Source: Escherichia coli
Lineage (GTDB): Bacteria > Pseudomonadota > Gammaproteobacteria > Enterobacterales > Enterobacteriaceae
Length of the DNA: 64,000 nt
Reading direction: 5' to 3' (one strand)
NCBI RefSeq assembly: GCF_044324785.1
Contig: NZ_CP172127.1
The notes below the pieces were generated by a model. It was not told the DNA's origin. It did no database searches and was given only the letters and a program-made list of their open reading frames with translations. Numbering within the stretch: position 1 is the first letter of the stretch; every line of letters begins with the position of its first letter. Shown piece by piece: positions 9,717 through 18,761 of this stretch. The translations under genes and the position numbers were made by a program.

Positions 9717-11342
9717 TCAGATTACGTGCGGTGTGATCAGCACAACCAGAATGGTGTCATCGTCACCGCTGTCAGTGCCGCCACCCAGCCCGAAGAATGC
9801 CGGGCTGCCGACGCCCTGGCGCACGGATTTGCTGCCGGACTGCCGGAATCCGCTGAGAATGACGGTCTGACCTGATTTCAGGTCGATGGTCTGGTTGATG
9901 GTTTTCAGGTCCACCGTGGGTACCTGTGCCCGGCTGCCGCCGCTCTCGAACACCTCAAAGGTGGGTTTGTCGGAGAGGTTCATGCTGAAGAGCAGCTGCA
10001 GGCTGCGCGCATCCGGCTGAATGAACGGCAGCAGGGTCATGTTGAAGCCGGTGGTGATGGTGGCGGCGTTCAGGGAGGTGCTGGTCCCGACGTTGGCCGT
10101 GGTGTCGGTGGTGACACCTTCGATATAGCCCTGCTGGCTGGCCACCTGCATGGGCACCGGCGTCATGTTTTTGGTGACGGCGGAGTTCTGTGTGACCACG
10201 CTGACGGTGCCCTGACTGGAGAGCGCCTTCAGGAAGGCCTTCGAGCCGGTGAGCTTACCGTCCACAATGGAGACGCCACTGGTGATGATGTCATCGGCGG
10301 CACTGCTGAATGCCCCTCCCAGCGTGAGGCCGAGACGTCCGTCGCTGAAGACGGCATTCCAGTCAATGCCGGCCTGGTCACGGCGGGTTTTTCTGACGCT
10401 GAGGACTTCCACGTTCAGCACCACCTGACGTCGCATCTCGCGGTTACGTGCCTCCACAAAACGGCTGACGGTGTCGAGGACCCGAGGGGTGTCGGTGACG
10501 GTGAGAAAGCCGGTGGCAAGCACCATCCGGCCGGTCCCGGGGGTCAGCATGGCACCGACGGCATTTTTCAGGTCCTCATAGAGGGTGGACTTCATGTCGA
10601 CCGTGGTGGTCTGGGTGTTGCTGGCCTCCCCGCTGAGGGTGCCGGCGTTACTGCCGGTACTGCTGCCGGATGAGGAGGAGGCGGTGCCACTGACCACCCG
10701 GGCGTTGTAGGTCACCTGAGAGTCCATGTAGGTGACCGGGAAGGTGCGTGTCTCCAGCCAGTAAAAGGTGATGGCGCGCCGGTCACTGTCGTAACGGTAC
10801 GAGATACCGAGCCGGGAGGCGACGGTATCCAGCAGCTGCCGCAGCCCGGTGGCGCTGAGTTCCGGCAGGACGGCACCGCCGCCCGGGGGGATGACCTGTG
10901 CGCCACTGCCGACGGCGGCCAGCGGCACCATGCCGTTCGGGTCCGGTGCGGGGATTGCGCCTGTCAGCTGCTGTGTGGGGCCGGTGGTGGCCAGCGCCTG
11001 CCAGACGTCGGCGGTGATGGTCACGGGGATACCGCAGCTTCCGGTGATGCGCTGGGCTATCTGCCGCAGGCTGATATCCCGGCGGGTGTTGATGATGATG
11101 GGGCAGCCCGGCAGGCTCTGGTGTGCGGGGCTGACGCTGACAGGGGAGGGGTTGATCCACTGTCGCGTGGTCTCCGTGACCACCGGCCGGGATTTACGGA
11201 GTTCGCCTGCGTGCCGGCGCGCTTTCTCCAGTGTGGCGGTGGCGTCTTTTTCCGTGTTGCTGATACGTTCGGCCGTACCGCAGCCTGACAGCAGCAGGGC
11301 GACGGCAGTCAGTGGCAGGAGCATGTGTTGTCTTTTTTTCAT
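9717..11342 (-). CDS. pilN: outer-membrane secretin lipoprotein (541 aa)
   Basis: Lipoprotein signal (MKKRQHMLLPLTAVALLLSGCG); secretin-like C-terminal region (...ILVVLITPHVI). Confidence 0.8.
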   Translation of the reverse strand: MKKRQHMLLPLTAVALLLSGCGTAERISNTEKDATATLEKARRHAGELRKSRPVVTETTRQWINPSPVSVSPAHQSLPGCPIIINTRRDISLRQIAQRITGSCGIPVTITADVWQALATTGPTQQLTGAIPAPDPNGMVPLAAVGSGAQVIPPGGGAVLPELSATGLRQLLDTVASRLGISYRYDSDRRAITFYWLETRTFPVTYMDSQVTYNARVVSGTASSSSGSSTGSNAGTLSGEASNTQTTTVDMKSTLYEDLKNAVGAMLTPGTGRMVLATGFLTVTDTPRVLDTVSRFVEARNREMRRQVVLNVEVLSVRKTRRDQAGIDWNAVFSDGRLGLTLGGAFSSAADDIITSGVSIVDGKLTGSKAFLKALSSQGTVSVVTQNSAVTKNMTPVPMQVASQQGYIEGVTTDTTANVGTSTSLNAATITTGFNMTLLPFIQPDARSLQLLFSMNLSDKPTFEVFESGGSRAQVPTVDLKTINQTIDLKSGQTVILSGFRQSGSKSVRQGVGSPAFFGLGGGTDSGDDDTILVVLITPHVI

Positions 11343-11531
11343 GCAGAAATCCTTGTGTGAAACGTGAAAACAGTGAGCAGAGCAGGGAGGGCAGAAGCGC
11401 TTCGGGACTGAAGTCTGCGCGTGATGGCGATATATCCGCGGGACATGACCGCGGCCGGATATGCAGACTTCAGTCCACAGGCTCCTCACACTGTGCGGGA
11501 CAGCGAAGGTTAACGGTGCAGTGATGTCCCG

Positions 11532-11969
11532 CTAGTTGAAATAAACAAATGCGCTGTCAGGAATGACGGACGGCACGCTGATACCGGTGTCCTGACCTGT
11601 GGTGTTCAGCAGTCGCCGCCCCTTCACCCGGCCTGCCAGCGCGGTTTTGTGGGTGATGTCTGCCAGCGCACCTGCAAGCCCCGGGCGGTCATCCTGCCAG
11701 ACAAAGACCCGCTGTCCGGCGATGATATGGCGGGTACCGTATACCGGGCGGAAACCCGTGGCGGTGACGGGGAGCGTGCCACCCCCCGTGCGCTCAGCCG
11801 GATGGGTGTACAGCCGGTCGTTAATGCCGTTCATGAGGCGGACCATCTCCCACGCACGTTCACGCATCTCCGCCTGCTCGCTGTACACGGTGACCCGGTG
11901 GGTACTGCTGTTGTGAAACCAGGTCAGCGCCACGGTCAGGGCCATGACCAGGGAGAGCGACCAGCCCAT
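11532..11969 (-). CDS. pilM: pilus assembly protein PilM-like (145 aa)
   Basis: Start at ATG 11969 (MGWSLSLVMALTVALTW...), directly after the pilL stop. Assigned by synteny and size. Confidence 0.6.
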   Translation of the reverse strand: MGWSLSLVMALTVALTWFHNSSTHRVTVYSEQAEMRERAWEMVRLMNGINDRLYTHPAERTGGGTLPVTATGFRPVYGTRHIIAGQRVFVWQDDRPGLAGALADITHKTALAGRVKGRRLLNTTGQDTGISVPSVIPDSAFVYFN

Positions 11970-11971
11970 GG

Positions 11972-12697
11972 TCAGTCTCCCGGTCTGTCGCTGACGTGCA
12001 CCACACACTGCGTGCTGTTGATGGCTGCATACAGCGGCGTCTGTGCGTCCTGATAGAGACGGAAGAGTTCACTGAGCGCGTGGCGGAACTCGCCGGTGAA
12101 ATGCAGCGGCGCATCGATGCTGTAATTGAGTCCGGGGTTCTGCCAGGCCAGCTGCCAGGTGCCACCGGCCTGACAGGGAACGGCGGCCACCCACTGCTCA
12201 AGACCGGCACGCAGCAGGGTTCCGCGGGCAAGAGTCCAGGTGGTCCGTGCATGCGCCGGTTGCGGCATGTTTGCTGATTTTTCCGCGGTTTTTTCCTGCA
12301 GACTGGTGGTGCCCGGGGTGGCCTGAGACGGACTGAACAGGGTGTTCCGCTCAATACGTACATGCTTCTTCTCCGTGTCGGTGATGGCGCGGAGCTGATA
12401 TTTTTTCAGCATGCGTTCCGTAACGTAATTCCACTGGTCATTTCCCTTCCATGACACCGTGCGGGGCGGCCTGACATCCGGTGCAATGTCAAATGTCCAT
12501 CCCGGCGGTATCAGTTGCTGCATGGCTTTTTTCAGTGATAACCCTTTACCGTCCCGGGGAATAAATTTCAGTGCTCCCGGAGCGCTGCTGACCGTGGACG
12601 ATGAGGGTGCACTGACCTGAGAAGGTGACGGTGCAGCAAAAAGTGGAACAGAAAATGCCAGCAGCGGCACAATAAGAAGTGGTTTCAGTGGTGTCAT
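11972..12697 (-). CDS. pilL: pilus assembly protein PilL-like, secreted (241 aa)
   Basis: Signal peptide (MTPLKPLLIVPLLAFSVPLFAAPSPS); first large gene of the operon. Assigned by synteny. Confidence 0.6.
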   Translation of the reverse strand: MTPLKPLLIVPLLAFSVPLFAAPSPSQVSAPSSSTVSSAPGALKFIPRDGKGLSLKKAMQQLIPPGWTFDIAPDVRPPRTVSWKGNDQWNYVTERMLKKYQLRAITDTEKKHVRIERNTLFSPSQATPGTTSLQEKTAEKSANMPQPAHARTTWTLARGTLLRAGLEQWVAAVPCQAGGTWQLAWQNPGLNYSIDAPLHFTGEFRHALSELFRLYQDAQTPLYAAINSTQCVVHVSDRPGD

Positions 12698-12749
12698 ATT
12701 ATGGTCCTGTATCGCACATTTTTTGTGTTTCCTGAGCCTGTATCCGGTT

Positions 12750-12968
12750 TTATTCCGGCTGAACTCTGCTGCATGAGAATGCGGTGACGTTCACTTTCAC
12801 ACTGAACGATTTACCGGCCTCTTTTTCTTTTGAAAACAGCCTGACGCATTCAGGCTCAGTCATCGGTGTGTTCTGAAAACGCACCCAGGATACCGGTGCA
12901 CCACCAGGCTTCAGGATGGTGGCTTCAATCCGGTATTTATGCGGTGTGGTGTCTGTTGTTGCTGTCAT
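12750..12968 (-). CDS. small hypothetical protein (72 aa) leading the pil operon
   Basis: ATG preceded by AGGAG at about 6-nt spacing; co-directional with pilL, about 50 bp upstream. Confidence 0.45.
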   Translation of the reverse strand: MTATTDTTPHKYRIEATILKPGGAPVSWVRFQNTPMTEPECVRLFSKEKEAGKSFSVKVNVTAFSCSRVQPE

Positions 12969-13005
12969 TCATGGCTCCTGTTGCCGGTTTCCGGTCCCGG
13001 AAAAA

Positions 13006-13047
13006 CAGGCGACATCAGCAACAAGGGGAAAAACGCGATGTCGCCTG
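13006..13047. promoter_or_regulatory. perfect 11-bp inverted repeat (caggcgacatc ... gatgtcgcctg) in the divergent control region between the pil operon and the helicase operon
   Basis: Seen directly in sequence; candidate operator or stem-loop. Confidence 0.35.
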
Positions 13048-13494
13048 AAAGGTACTGGTGCAGCGGTGCGTTGTACGGACGCAGGTCCGCACAACCGGAA
13101 ATACACGGGATGATTCGGTCAGTGTATTTTCGTGTTGTGCGCCTGTACTGATACGGCAGGGTGTGATGAGTGTTACCTGTGGCTGCAGGCGCGGCACGTC
13201 ACTCATAACGTAGCATTCTGTTTCCTCCTCAGCCCGGCTTCAGGGCGTTGCCGCAATACCCGATTGTTAAAGAGCCTTACCGGCATGGTGTCCGGTGTCA
13301 CCGCGCGGATAACGATACGGCGGTGTCTGAAGGGATGATGCTGCGGCGCTCTGCACATGGCGACGATTAATTCTTTTTGTGTTTCTGAAAATTTATTGCC
13401 GGGAAATTTCTGGTGTGACAGGGTGAATTAATTCTGGTCAGCGACGCTCCTGAGAAGGCAGAGTGCGCTGACATTTCGTGAACGGAGGAATGCC

Positions 13495-15003
13495 ATGTCC
13501 CTGAATCCCACCGATGAACAGTCAGCCATCATTCACTGGCAGGGGGAAAAACTGGTGGTGAATGCCTTTGCCGGTACAGGCAAAACCAGCACACTGGTGC
13601 AGTTCGCCGCAGCCTGCCCTGAGAGCCGGATGCTGTATCTGGCCTATAACCGCGCGATTCGTGATGAGGCGGAGCGCCGGTTTCCCTTTAATGTGGAGTG
13701 CAAAACCTCCCATCAGCTGGCGTATTCGCGGTTCGGAAAGCATTTCCGGCATCGTCTGGTGCCGGGGCTGTCAGTGACGGATGTAGCGAGAAAACTGAAC
13801 ACCCGCTACTGGACGCTTGCCCGTGTTGCCATGACCGCGCTGAATCAGTTCATCTGTTCGGCGGACGTGGCGCCCGGAATGCAGCATATGCCGCCTCCCG
13901 ACGAGATGAAGGGCATGTCGCCACAGGATGCGCTGCGTGCCGTGCAGATCCTCTGGCATGAAATGAGCAATCCGGATGGCAATTTTCCGGTCACTCACGA
14001 CACCTATCTGAAGCTCTATCAGCTTTCCTCACCGGATCTGTCACGCAGGTGGGATACGATCCTTTTTGATGAGGCCCAGGATGCGAATCCGGTGACGTCC
14101 GCACTGGTGCTGGGGCAGCGGTGCAGGGTGGTACTGGTTGGCGACCGTTACCAGCAGATTTATCGTTTTCGTGGTGCCAGCAATGCACTGTCGCATCCGG
14201 CACTGAACGGGGCGGACCGTCTCTGGCTGACGCAAAGTTTTCGTTTTGGTCCTGCCGTGGCCGGGGTGGCCAGCCAGTTACTGAAGCGTGCCGGCGAGAG
14301 CCGTGAGGTGACCGGCAGGGGCGGGGATGATGAAGTGCTGACGGCAGGTGAAATGCGTGCGCGCGTGAAGGCAGGGAAGATGACCGGTCACAGGGCGATA
14401 CTGAGCCGGACGGTGGCCGGTGTGATTGGCACCGCACTGATGGCGGCAATGCGTGGCAGGAAGGTTTACTGGGTGGGGGGCATTGAAGGCTACAGAACGG
14501 AGGCACTGGAAGATCTTTACTGGTTTCAGATGGATATGCCGGAGCGGATGCACAGTGACAGACTGCGGAAGGACTACCGGGGTTTTGACGAGTACCGTCA
14601 TATTGCGAAGGTGACGAAGGATGTGGAAATGAATCAGTCCATTCGTCTGCTGGAGCTGTGCTTTCCGCTGCCGAAGAAACTCGAACTTCTCAGAAAGCAC
14701 ACCGTCACGAATGAACAGGAGGCGGATATCACGGTCTCAACGGCACACCGCAGTAAGGGACTGGAGTGGTCACTGGTGGTACTCGATGATGATTTTCAGG
14801 ATATCACCGACCCGCTGATAAGCGAGCAGGAGCGGCGGGATGAAACCAATCTGCTCTATGTGGCGGTCACCCGGGCGCGCAGAACGCTGGTTCTCAATGA
14901 ACTCATGCAGCAGCTGACGGAAGCTGCCGGCGATGGTGGTGCACCCGGAAACGCGCCGGTGCAGGGGAAGGAAGACGATGGTGTGGAGGGAGAGGATGTT
15001 TAA
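13495..15003 (+). CDS. UvrD/Rep-like superfamily-1 DNA helicase, short form (502 aa)
   Basis: SF1 motifs in order: Walker A (AFAGTGKTS), DEAQD (motif II), VGDRYQQIYRFRGA (III), SFRFG, TAHRSKGLEW (V), LYVAVTRAR (VI); GGAGG RBS. Confidence 0.8.
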   Translation: MSLNPTDEQSAIIHWQGEKLVVNAFAGTGKTSTLVQFAAACPESRMLYLAYNRAIRDEAERRFPFNVECKTSHQLAYSRFGKHFRHRLVPGLSVTDVARKLNTRYWTLARVAMTALNQFICSADVAPGMQHMPPPDEMKGMSPQDALRAVQILWHEMSNPDGNFPVTHDTYLKLYQLSSPDLSRRWDTILFDEAQDANPVTSALVLGQRCRVVLVGDRYQQIYRFRGASNALSHPALNGADRLWLTQSFRFGPAVAGVASQLLKRAGESREVTGRGGDDEVLTAGEMRARVKAGKMTGHRAILSRTVAGVIGTALMAAMRGRKVYWVGGIEGYRTEALEDLYWFQMDMPERMHSDRLRKDYRGFDEYRHIAKVTKDVEMNQSIRLLELCFPLPKKLELLRKHTVTNEQEADITVSTAHRSKGLEWSLVVLDDDFQDITDPLISEQERRDETNLLYVAVTRARRTLVLNELMQQLTEAAGDGGAPGNAPVQGKEDDGVEGEDV

Positions 15004-16525
15004 GCGGTTCAGACGTATGCTGCCCGGCACAAAGGGCACGGAGCCTGGCGTGGTCGCGCCGGTGATACCGGCAGGGTTTTATGCGCCGCTCACGGCAGAG
15101 GCACTGTTATCACCAGAGCACAGGGAGCTGAGGCTCAGGCAGGTCTGGGATAACAATCCGATGCCCCGTGATGTATACGACAGGATGTGCCTTGAACCAC
15201 TCAGCCGGCTGCTGCTGAACACCCAGAACGTCCCGGCAACACGGGAAGGACGGTGGTCCCGTGCCGGTGGATTTGGTGATCTGACGGTACTGTACACCAC
15301 GTATGCCGTTCGTCTGGCAAGAGGGTACATGTTTCCACCGGATGCGACCCCGGAAGACCAGGCGGCTCAGGCCGCAGTCTGGCATGCGGTGATTTTCTGG
15401 TCAGCGCTGTTTTACCACCTGCCCCTGCTGGCGCACCTTGAGGGGGAACTGCTGAGTGGGCGGGGCTGGCAGCCAGGAATTTCTGTGCCTGACGAACCTT
15501 TCCGTTTCCGGTTCAGGAAGACGGCGCCGCAGGGTACGGAAGCGCAACAACTTGCGGCCCTGACTGCCGGCACGCTGTTACCGGACGGCGCAACGGCCTG
15601 GCTTGTGACGGCGCCGGGCGCACTGCAGAATCTGGCCGGGGCGCTCTGGCATCAGCATCCCGGGATGGCGCTGATTCGTGATGTGCTGCAGGAAGCGGCA
15701 AGGCAGACAGAGAGTCCGCTGAATACCTGCGCTGTCACTGCGCCGGTTACTGCGGAGGCTTCAGCAGACATTCGTCCTGCTGACCCGGTGGTGACCGGCA
15801 GCACGGACAGTGTGGTGGCAGTCACTGAGGTGCAGCCGGCAGAGGAGGTGAAGACTGAGAGCGTGCAGACAGAGACTGAAGGTGGTGGTGAGTCCGCCGG
15901 GGCGTCAGAGGTGCCGTCCGCACAGCAGGAACTGACGGTTCAGACAGCGCCAGTGGTGACGGCAGATGATGAAGCGGTCAGTGCTGCTCCTGCGGATCAG
16001 GACACAGCAATGCTGCTGAGTCTTTTTTCAGCAGATGAGTCCGAAACTGCTGAACCTGAAAACAGTATTAAATCGTCAGCCGATCGGGACGGCCAAAGTG
16101 ACGTACCGGCAGTACAGGGAGAACAAACCAGCGTTATTTATCCGGAGGGCGAAGCAGATACGGAAGAGGTGGATTTTATTACTTGGCTGAAATCGGGGTT
16201 GTCATCGGGGATGATTGAAATAAATACACCTTCCGCGAGAGTGCATTGTATTGCGGGGTATGTTTTTTTGTGTGTCCCGGATATTTTTTATCTGTATCAG
16301 AAAATGACGGGAAGCCGTCGTGACCGCAGGAGTGTTCAGGCGTTGTTTGAACGTTCCCGTATTCACAAAATCCGGGAAGGTGAGCGTTTTTTCAGCCTGC
16401 ATCTGTATAGTGTACCTGACAGAACAGGGAGTTATAAAGCTGTAAGCGGATATCTGGTTAAAAGCCGTTATCTGTGTGGTTATAACGCAGTGCCCGGGGA
16501 CAGTGAATACATTGCTTTTCCATAA
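14996..16525 (+). CDS. hypothetical 509-aa protein: N-terminal domain, long acidic low-complexity linker, conserved-looking C-terminal domain
   Basis: ATG overlaps the helicase stop (ATGTTTAA) with GGAGGG RBS; no Walker A and no HD motif found by eye; alternative starts at 14933 or 14978. Confidence 0.6.
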   Translation: MFKRFRRMLPGTKGTEPGVVAPVIPAGFYAPLTAEALLSPEHRELRLRQVWDNNPMPRDVYDRMCLEPLSRLLLNTQNVPATREGRWSRAGGFGDLTVLYTTYAVRLARGYMFPPDATPEDQAAQAAVWHAVIFWSALFYHLPLLAHLEGELLSGRGWQPGISVPDEPFRFRFRKTAPQGTEAQQLAALTAGTLLPDGATAWLVTAPGALQNLAGALWHQHPGMALIRDVLQEAARQTESPLNTCAVTAPVTAEASADIRPADPVVTGSTDSVVAVTEVQPAEEVKTESVQTETEGGGESAGASEVPSAQQELTVQTAPVVTADDEAVSAAPADQDTAMLLSLFSADESETAEPENSIKSSADRDGQSDVPAVQGEQTSVIYPEGEADTEEVDFITWLKSGLSSGMIEINTPSARVHCIAGYVFLCVPDIFYLYQKMTGSRRDRRSVQALFERSRIHKIREGERFFSLHLYSVPDRTGSYKAVSGYLVKSRYLCGYNAVPGDSEYIAFP

Positions 16526-16555
16526 CAGCACCGGGTCATTCATCCGTTCAGGGAG

Positions 16556-17668
16556 ATGTATTCCCCTATGAAGAAAGATGTCGAAAAAATAACGTGGGAG
16601 GAATTACTCTTTGAGTACTTCCTTGAGAAAAATCTTAAACCTGATACTGAACACAGCTACCGCAAAGTTGTCCGTCTGTTTGATAAGTTCCTGGGCGGTG
16701 ATTCCTGGCCCGGCGATGTCACACCGAGAGACATTCAGCGATGGCGACGTCATATGCTTAAAGATCAGGGGCGTTCAGTAAACACCTGGAATAACAGAGT
16801 GTCACATCTCCGACCGCTCCTGGCGCTTGGGATCAAGAAAAAGTGGTTACCACAGACGGAAAATCCGCTTGATGGCACTTCAGTGCCCGGGGCATCAAAA
16901 CAGAAAAAAACGCTCACTGATAAAGAGATGGTCAGGATTTACCGTACAGTTCAGGCTTTTGCTGAAGCTGAGGCCAATAAGATGGTGATCTGTGACAGGC
17001 GGCGCAATGCGATGTACCCTGCATGGTACTGGCTGATCGTGCTGGATACGCTGCGCTTCACGGGGATGCGTTTTAACCAGCTGAAACATATCAGGCTGAA
17101 GGATATTCATGAGGATGAGGCGGTGATTACCCTTCAGCTGGAAGGGAGTAAAACCCGACGTGAATGGCGTGTGCCGATTGTGGAATCGTTACGACTTTCA
17201 CTGAAACATCTTATTGAGTGCGCCCGTGTCAATGGTGCGTCGGATAATGACTATCTCTTTGATGTCTGCCTGTACAGCGAGCATTACAGTCCCGGGAAAT
17301 ACCAGTACTGTGCCAAAAGAGCGCATCAGTCGGTCAAATCTTTTTTCCGCAGACTGAGCCGTGAATGTGGTTTTTTTGTCTCGTCACACAGATTCAGACA
17401 CACACTGGCAACAAAGCTGATGGCGGCACCGGAGCGTAATCTGCACATGGTCAAATCCATTCTGGGGCACAGGAGTGTTGCCACCACCATGGAGTATATT
17501 GATTTTTCGGTGGAAGTTGCTGCTGAGGCACTGGAGGCTGAACTCGGTTTATCCACGGATGAGGCGACAAAAAGACGGATTAAAGAGGCGAAAAAACGCC
17601 GTGAGGCCAGTACCGGGAAAAAGGAAAAACAGGAAAGTTCTGGAGGGGAACTTTCTGACAAGGAATAA
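16556..17668 (+). CDS. int: tyrosine-type site-specific integrase (370 aa)
   Basis: Catalytic-domain motifs (RFRHTLATKLM; LGHRSVATTMEYIDF); about 200 bp from the tRNA-Phe 3' end. Confidence 0.85.
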   Translation: MYSPMKKDVEKITWEELLFEYFLEKNLKPDTEHSYRKVVRLFDKFLGGDSWPGDVTPRDIQRWRRHMLKDQGRSVNTWNNRVSHLRPLLALGIKKKWLPQTENPLDGTSVPGASKQKKTLTDKEMVRIYRTVQAFAEAEANKMVICDRRRNAMYPAWYWLIVLDTLRFTGMRFNQLKHIRLKDIHEDEAVITLQLEGSKTRREWRVPIVESLRLSLKHLIECARVNGASDNDYLFDVCLYSEHYSPGKYQYCAKRAHQSVKSFFRRLSRECGFFVSSHRFRHTLATKLMAAPERNLHMVKSILGHRSVATTMEYIDFSVEVAAEALEAELGLSTDEATKRRIKEAKKRREASTGKKEKQESSGGELSDKE

Positions 17669-17872
17669 ACATGCTTGACATCGGACCAGAATGGTGTAAG
17701 CATTTTTGCGTATGCGAGAGCGTGACACCTGTTACCAGCAGGTGCCACGCTTGAGGATACGATACTGAAACCACAGTGTAACCAGACTTACACGGAGATT
17801 TCGTTATGACCGGATCCTGTATTAGACGCCCGTTAAGGATCTCATCCCTTAACCAGCGTACTTTGATGCGTT

Positions 17873-17948
17873 TGGTGCCCGGAGGCGGAATCGAACCACC
17901 GACACGGGGATTTTCAATCCCCTGCTCTACCGACTGAGCTATCCGGGC
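17873..17948 (-). tRNA. pheV: tRNA-Phe (anticodon GAA), island integration site
   Basis: Reverse complement reads GCCCGGATAGCTCAGTCGGTAGAGCAGGGGATTGAAAATCCCCGTGTCGGTGGTTCGATTCCGCCTCCGGGCACCA; position downstream of yqgA matches pheV. Confidence 0.9.
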
Positions 17949-18053
17949 AACGGGGCGCATTAAACCTGATTCGCCTCGTCTCGTCAATCAAATTTCTTCA
18001 ATTTAGTGCAGACTGCACAATCTATCATCACTTTGCCGCTATTGCACACATTG

Positions 18054-18761
18054 TCAGGCAAACCAGGCGGTCCAGGCGGCGGAAAGCGGCATTGCCAGAA
18101 GGAGTGCTGGAAGCATGTTGACCACCGGGAACATTTTAATACCACAGATGCGTAATCCGGTTGCCAGCAGCAATAAACCGCCTACGGCGCTGAAGTCTGC
18201 CATCATCGACGGTGTGGTCAGCGGTAATATCAGCGCGGCAGCCCACGCCAGTGTTAACTGGATGATCAGTAATGGAATGCTAATCACCGACACCGCAATA
18301 CCCAGCGAGCAGGCGAAGATCATCGCCGTAAAGAAATCAAGAAATGACTTGGCGATTAAAATACTCGGATCGCCGGTCATCCCTTCGTTCATCGCCCCGA
18401 AGATTCCGGTGCCGCTGGCGCAAAACAGAACAATAATCGCGACAAAATTCTGAATAAAAGATTCATGCGCTGGCTTCTTACGCGAGTGGTGAAACAGATT
18501 ATGCGCTTTGACGACCACTGTATTGACGCCTTTTTCCAGCAGACAAATTTCGCCGATTAATGCTCCGAGTAAGGTTGCTAAAACCATCGCCGGAAGGTTG
18601 GCGCATTTCACCACCAGTAAAATACCAATCCCCAGCGATGCCAGACCAAAAATTGATGTCATGGAGACGCGGATACGTTCCGGTAAGCGTTGGCTAAGGA
18701 GTGCGCCGAAAACGCCACCCAGTAAGACTGCACTTGCGTTGATAAAAGGGCCGATGACCAC
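18054..18761 (-). CDS. yqgA: DUF554 inner-membrane protein YqgA (235 aa)
   Basis: Polytopic membrane protein; between speC and pheV as in K-12. Confidence 0.85.
   Translation of the reverse strand: MVIGPFINASAVLLGGVFGALLSQRLPERIRVSMTSIFGLASLGIGILLVVKCANLPAMVLATLLGALIGEICLLEKGVNTVVVKAHNLFHHSRKKPAHESFIQNFVAIIVLFCASGTGIFGAMNEGMTGDPSILIAKSFLDFFTAMIFACSLGIAVSVISIPLLIIQLTLAWAAALILPLTTPSMMADFSAVGGLLLLATGLRICGIKMFPVVNMLPALLLAMPLSAAWTAWFA

Noticed and set aside
10783-11367. ORFs of 125 and 172 aa overlapping pilN on both strands, and a 171-aa ORF antisense to the helicase (13991..14506)
   Set aside because: Pro/Arg/Ala-rich translations typical of spurious frames in GC-rich DNA; embedded in longer, better-supported genes.
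13495-16525. Gabija-like (GajA/GajB) defence system
   Set aside because: The helicase resembles GajB in size and family, but the partner has no ABC-ATPase Walker A or TOPRIM-like motifs and the gene order is reversed, so that specific assignment is not supported. A different helicase-based system is not excluded.
14996-16525. MobH-type ICE relaxase assignment for the 509-aa protein
   Set aside because: No HD or histidine-triad signature is visible in the N-terminal domain; left as unknown.
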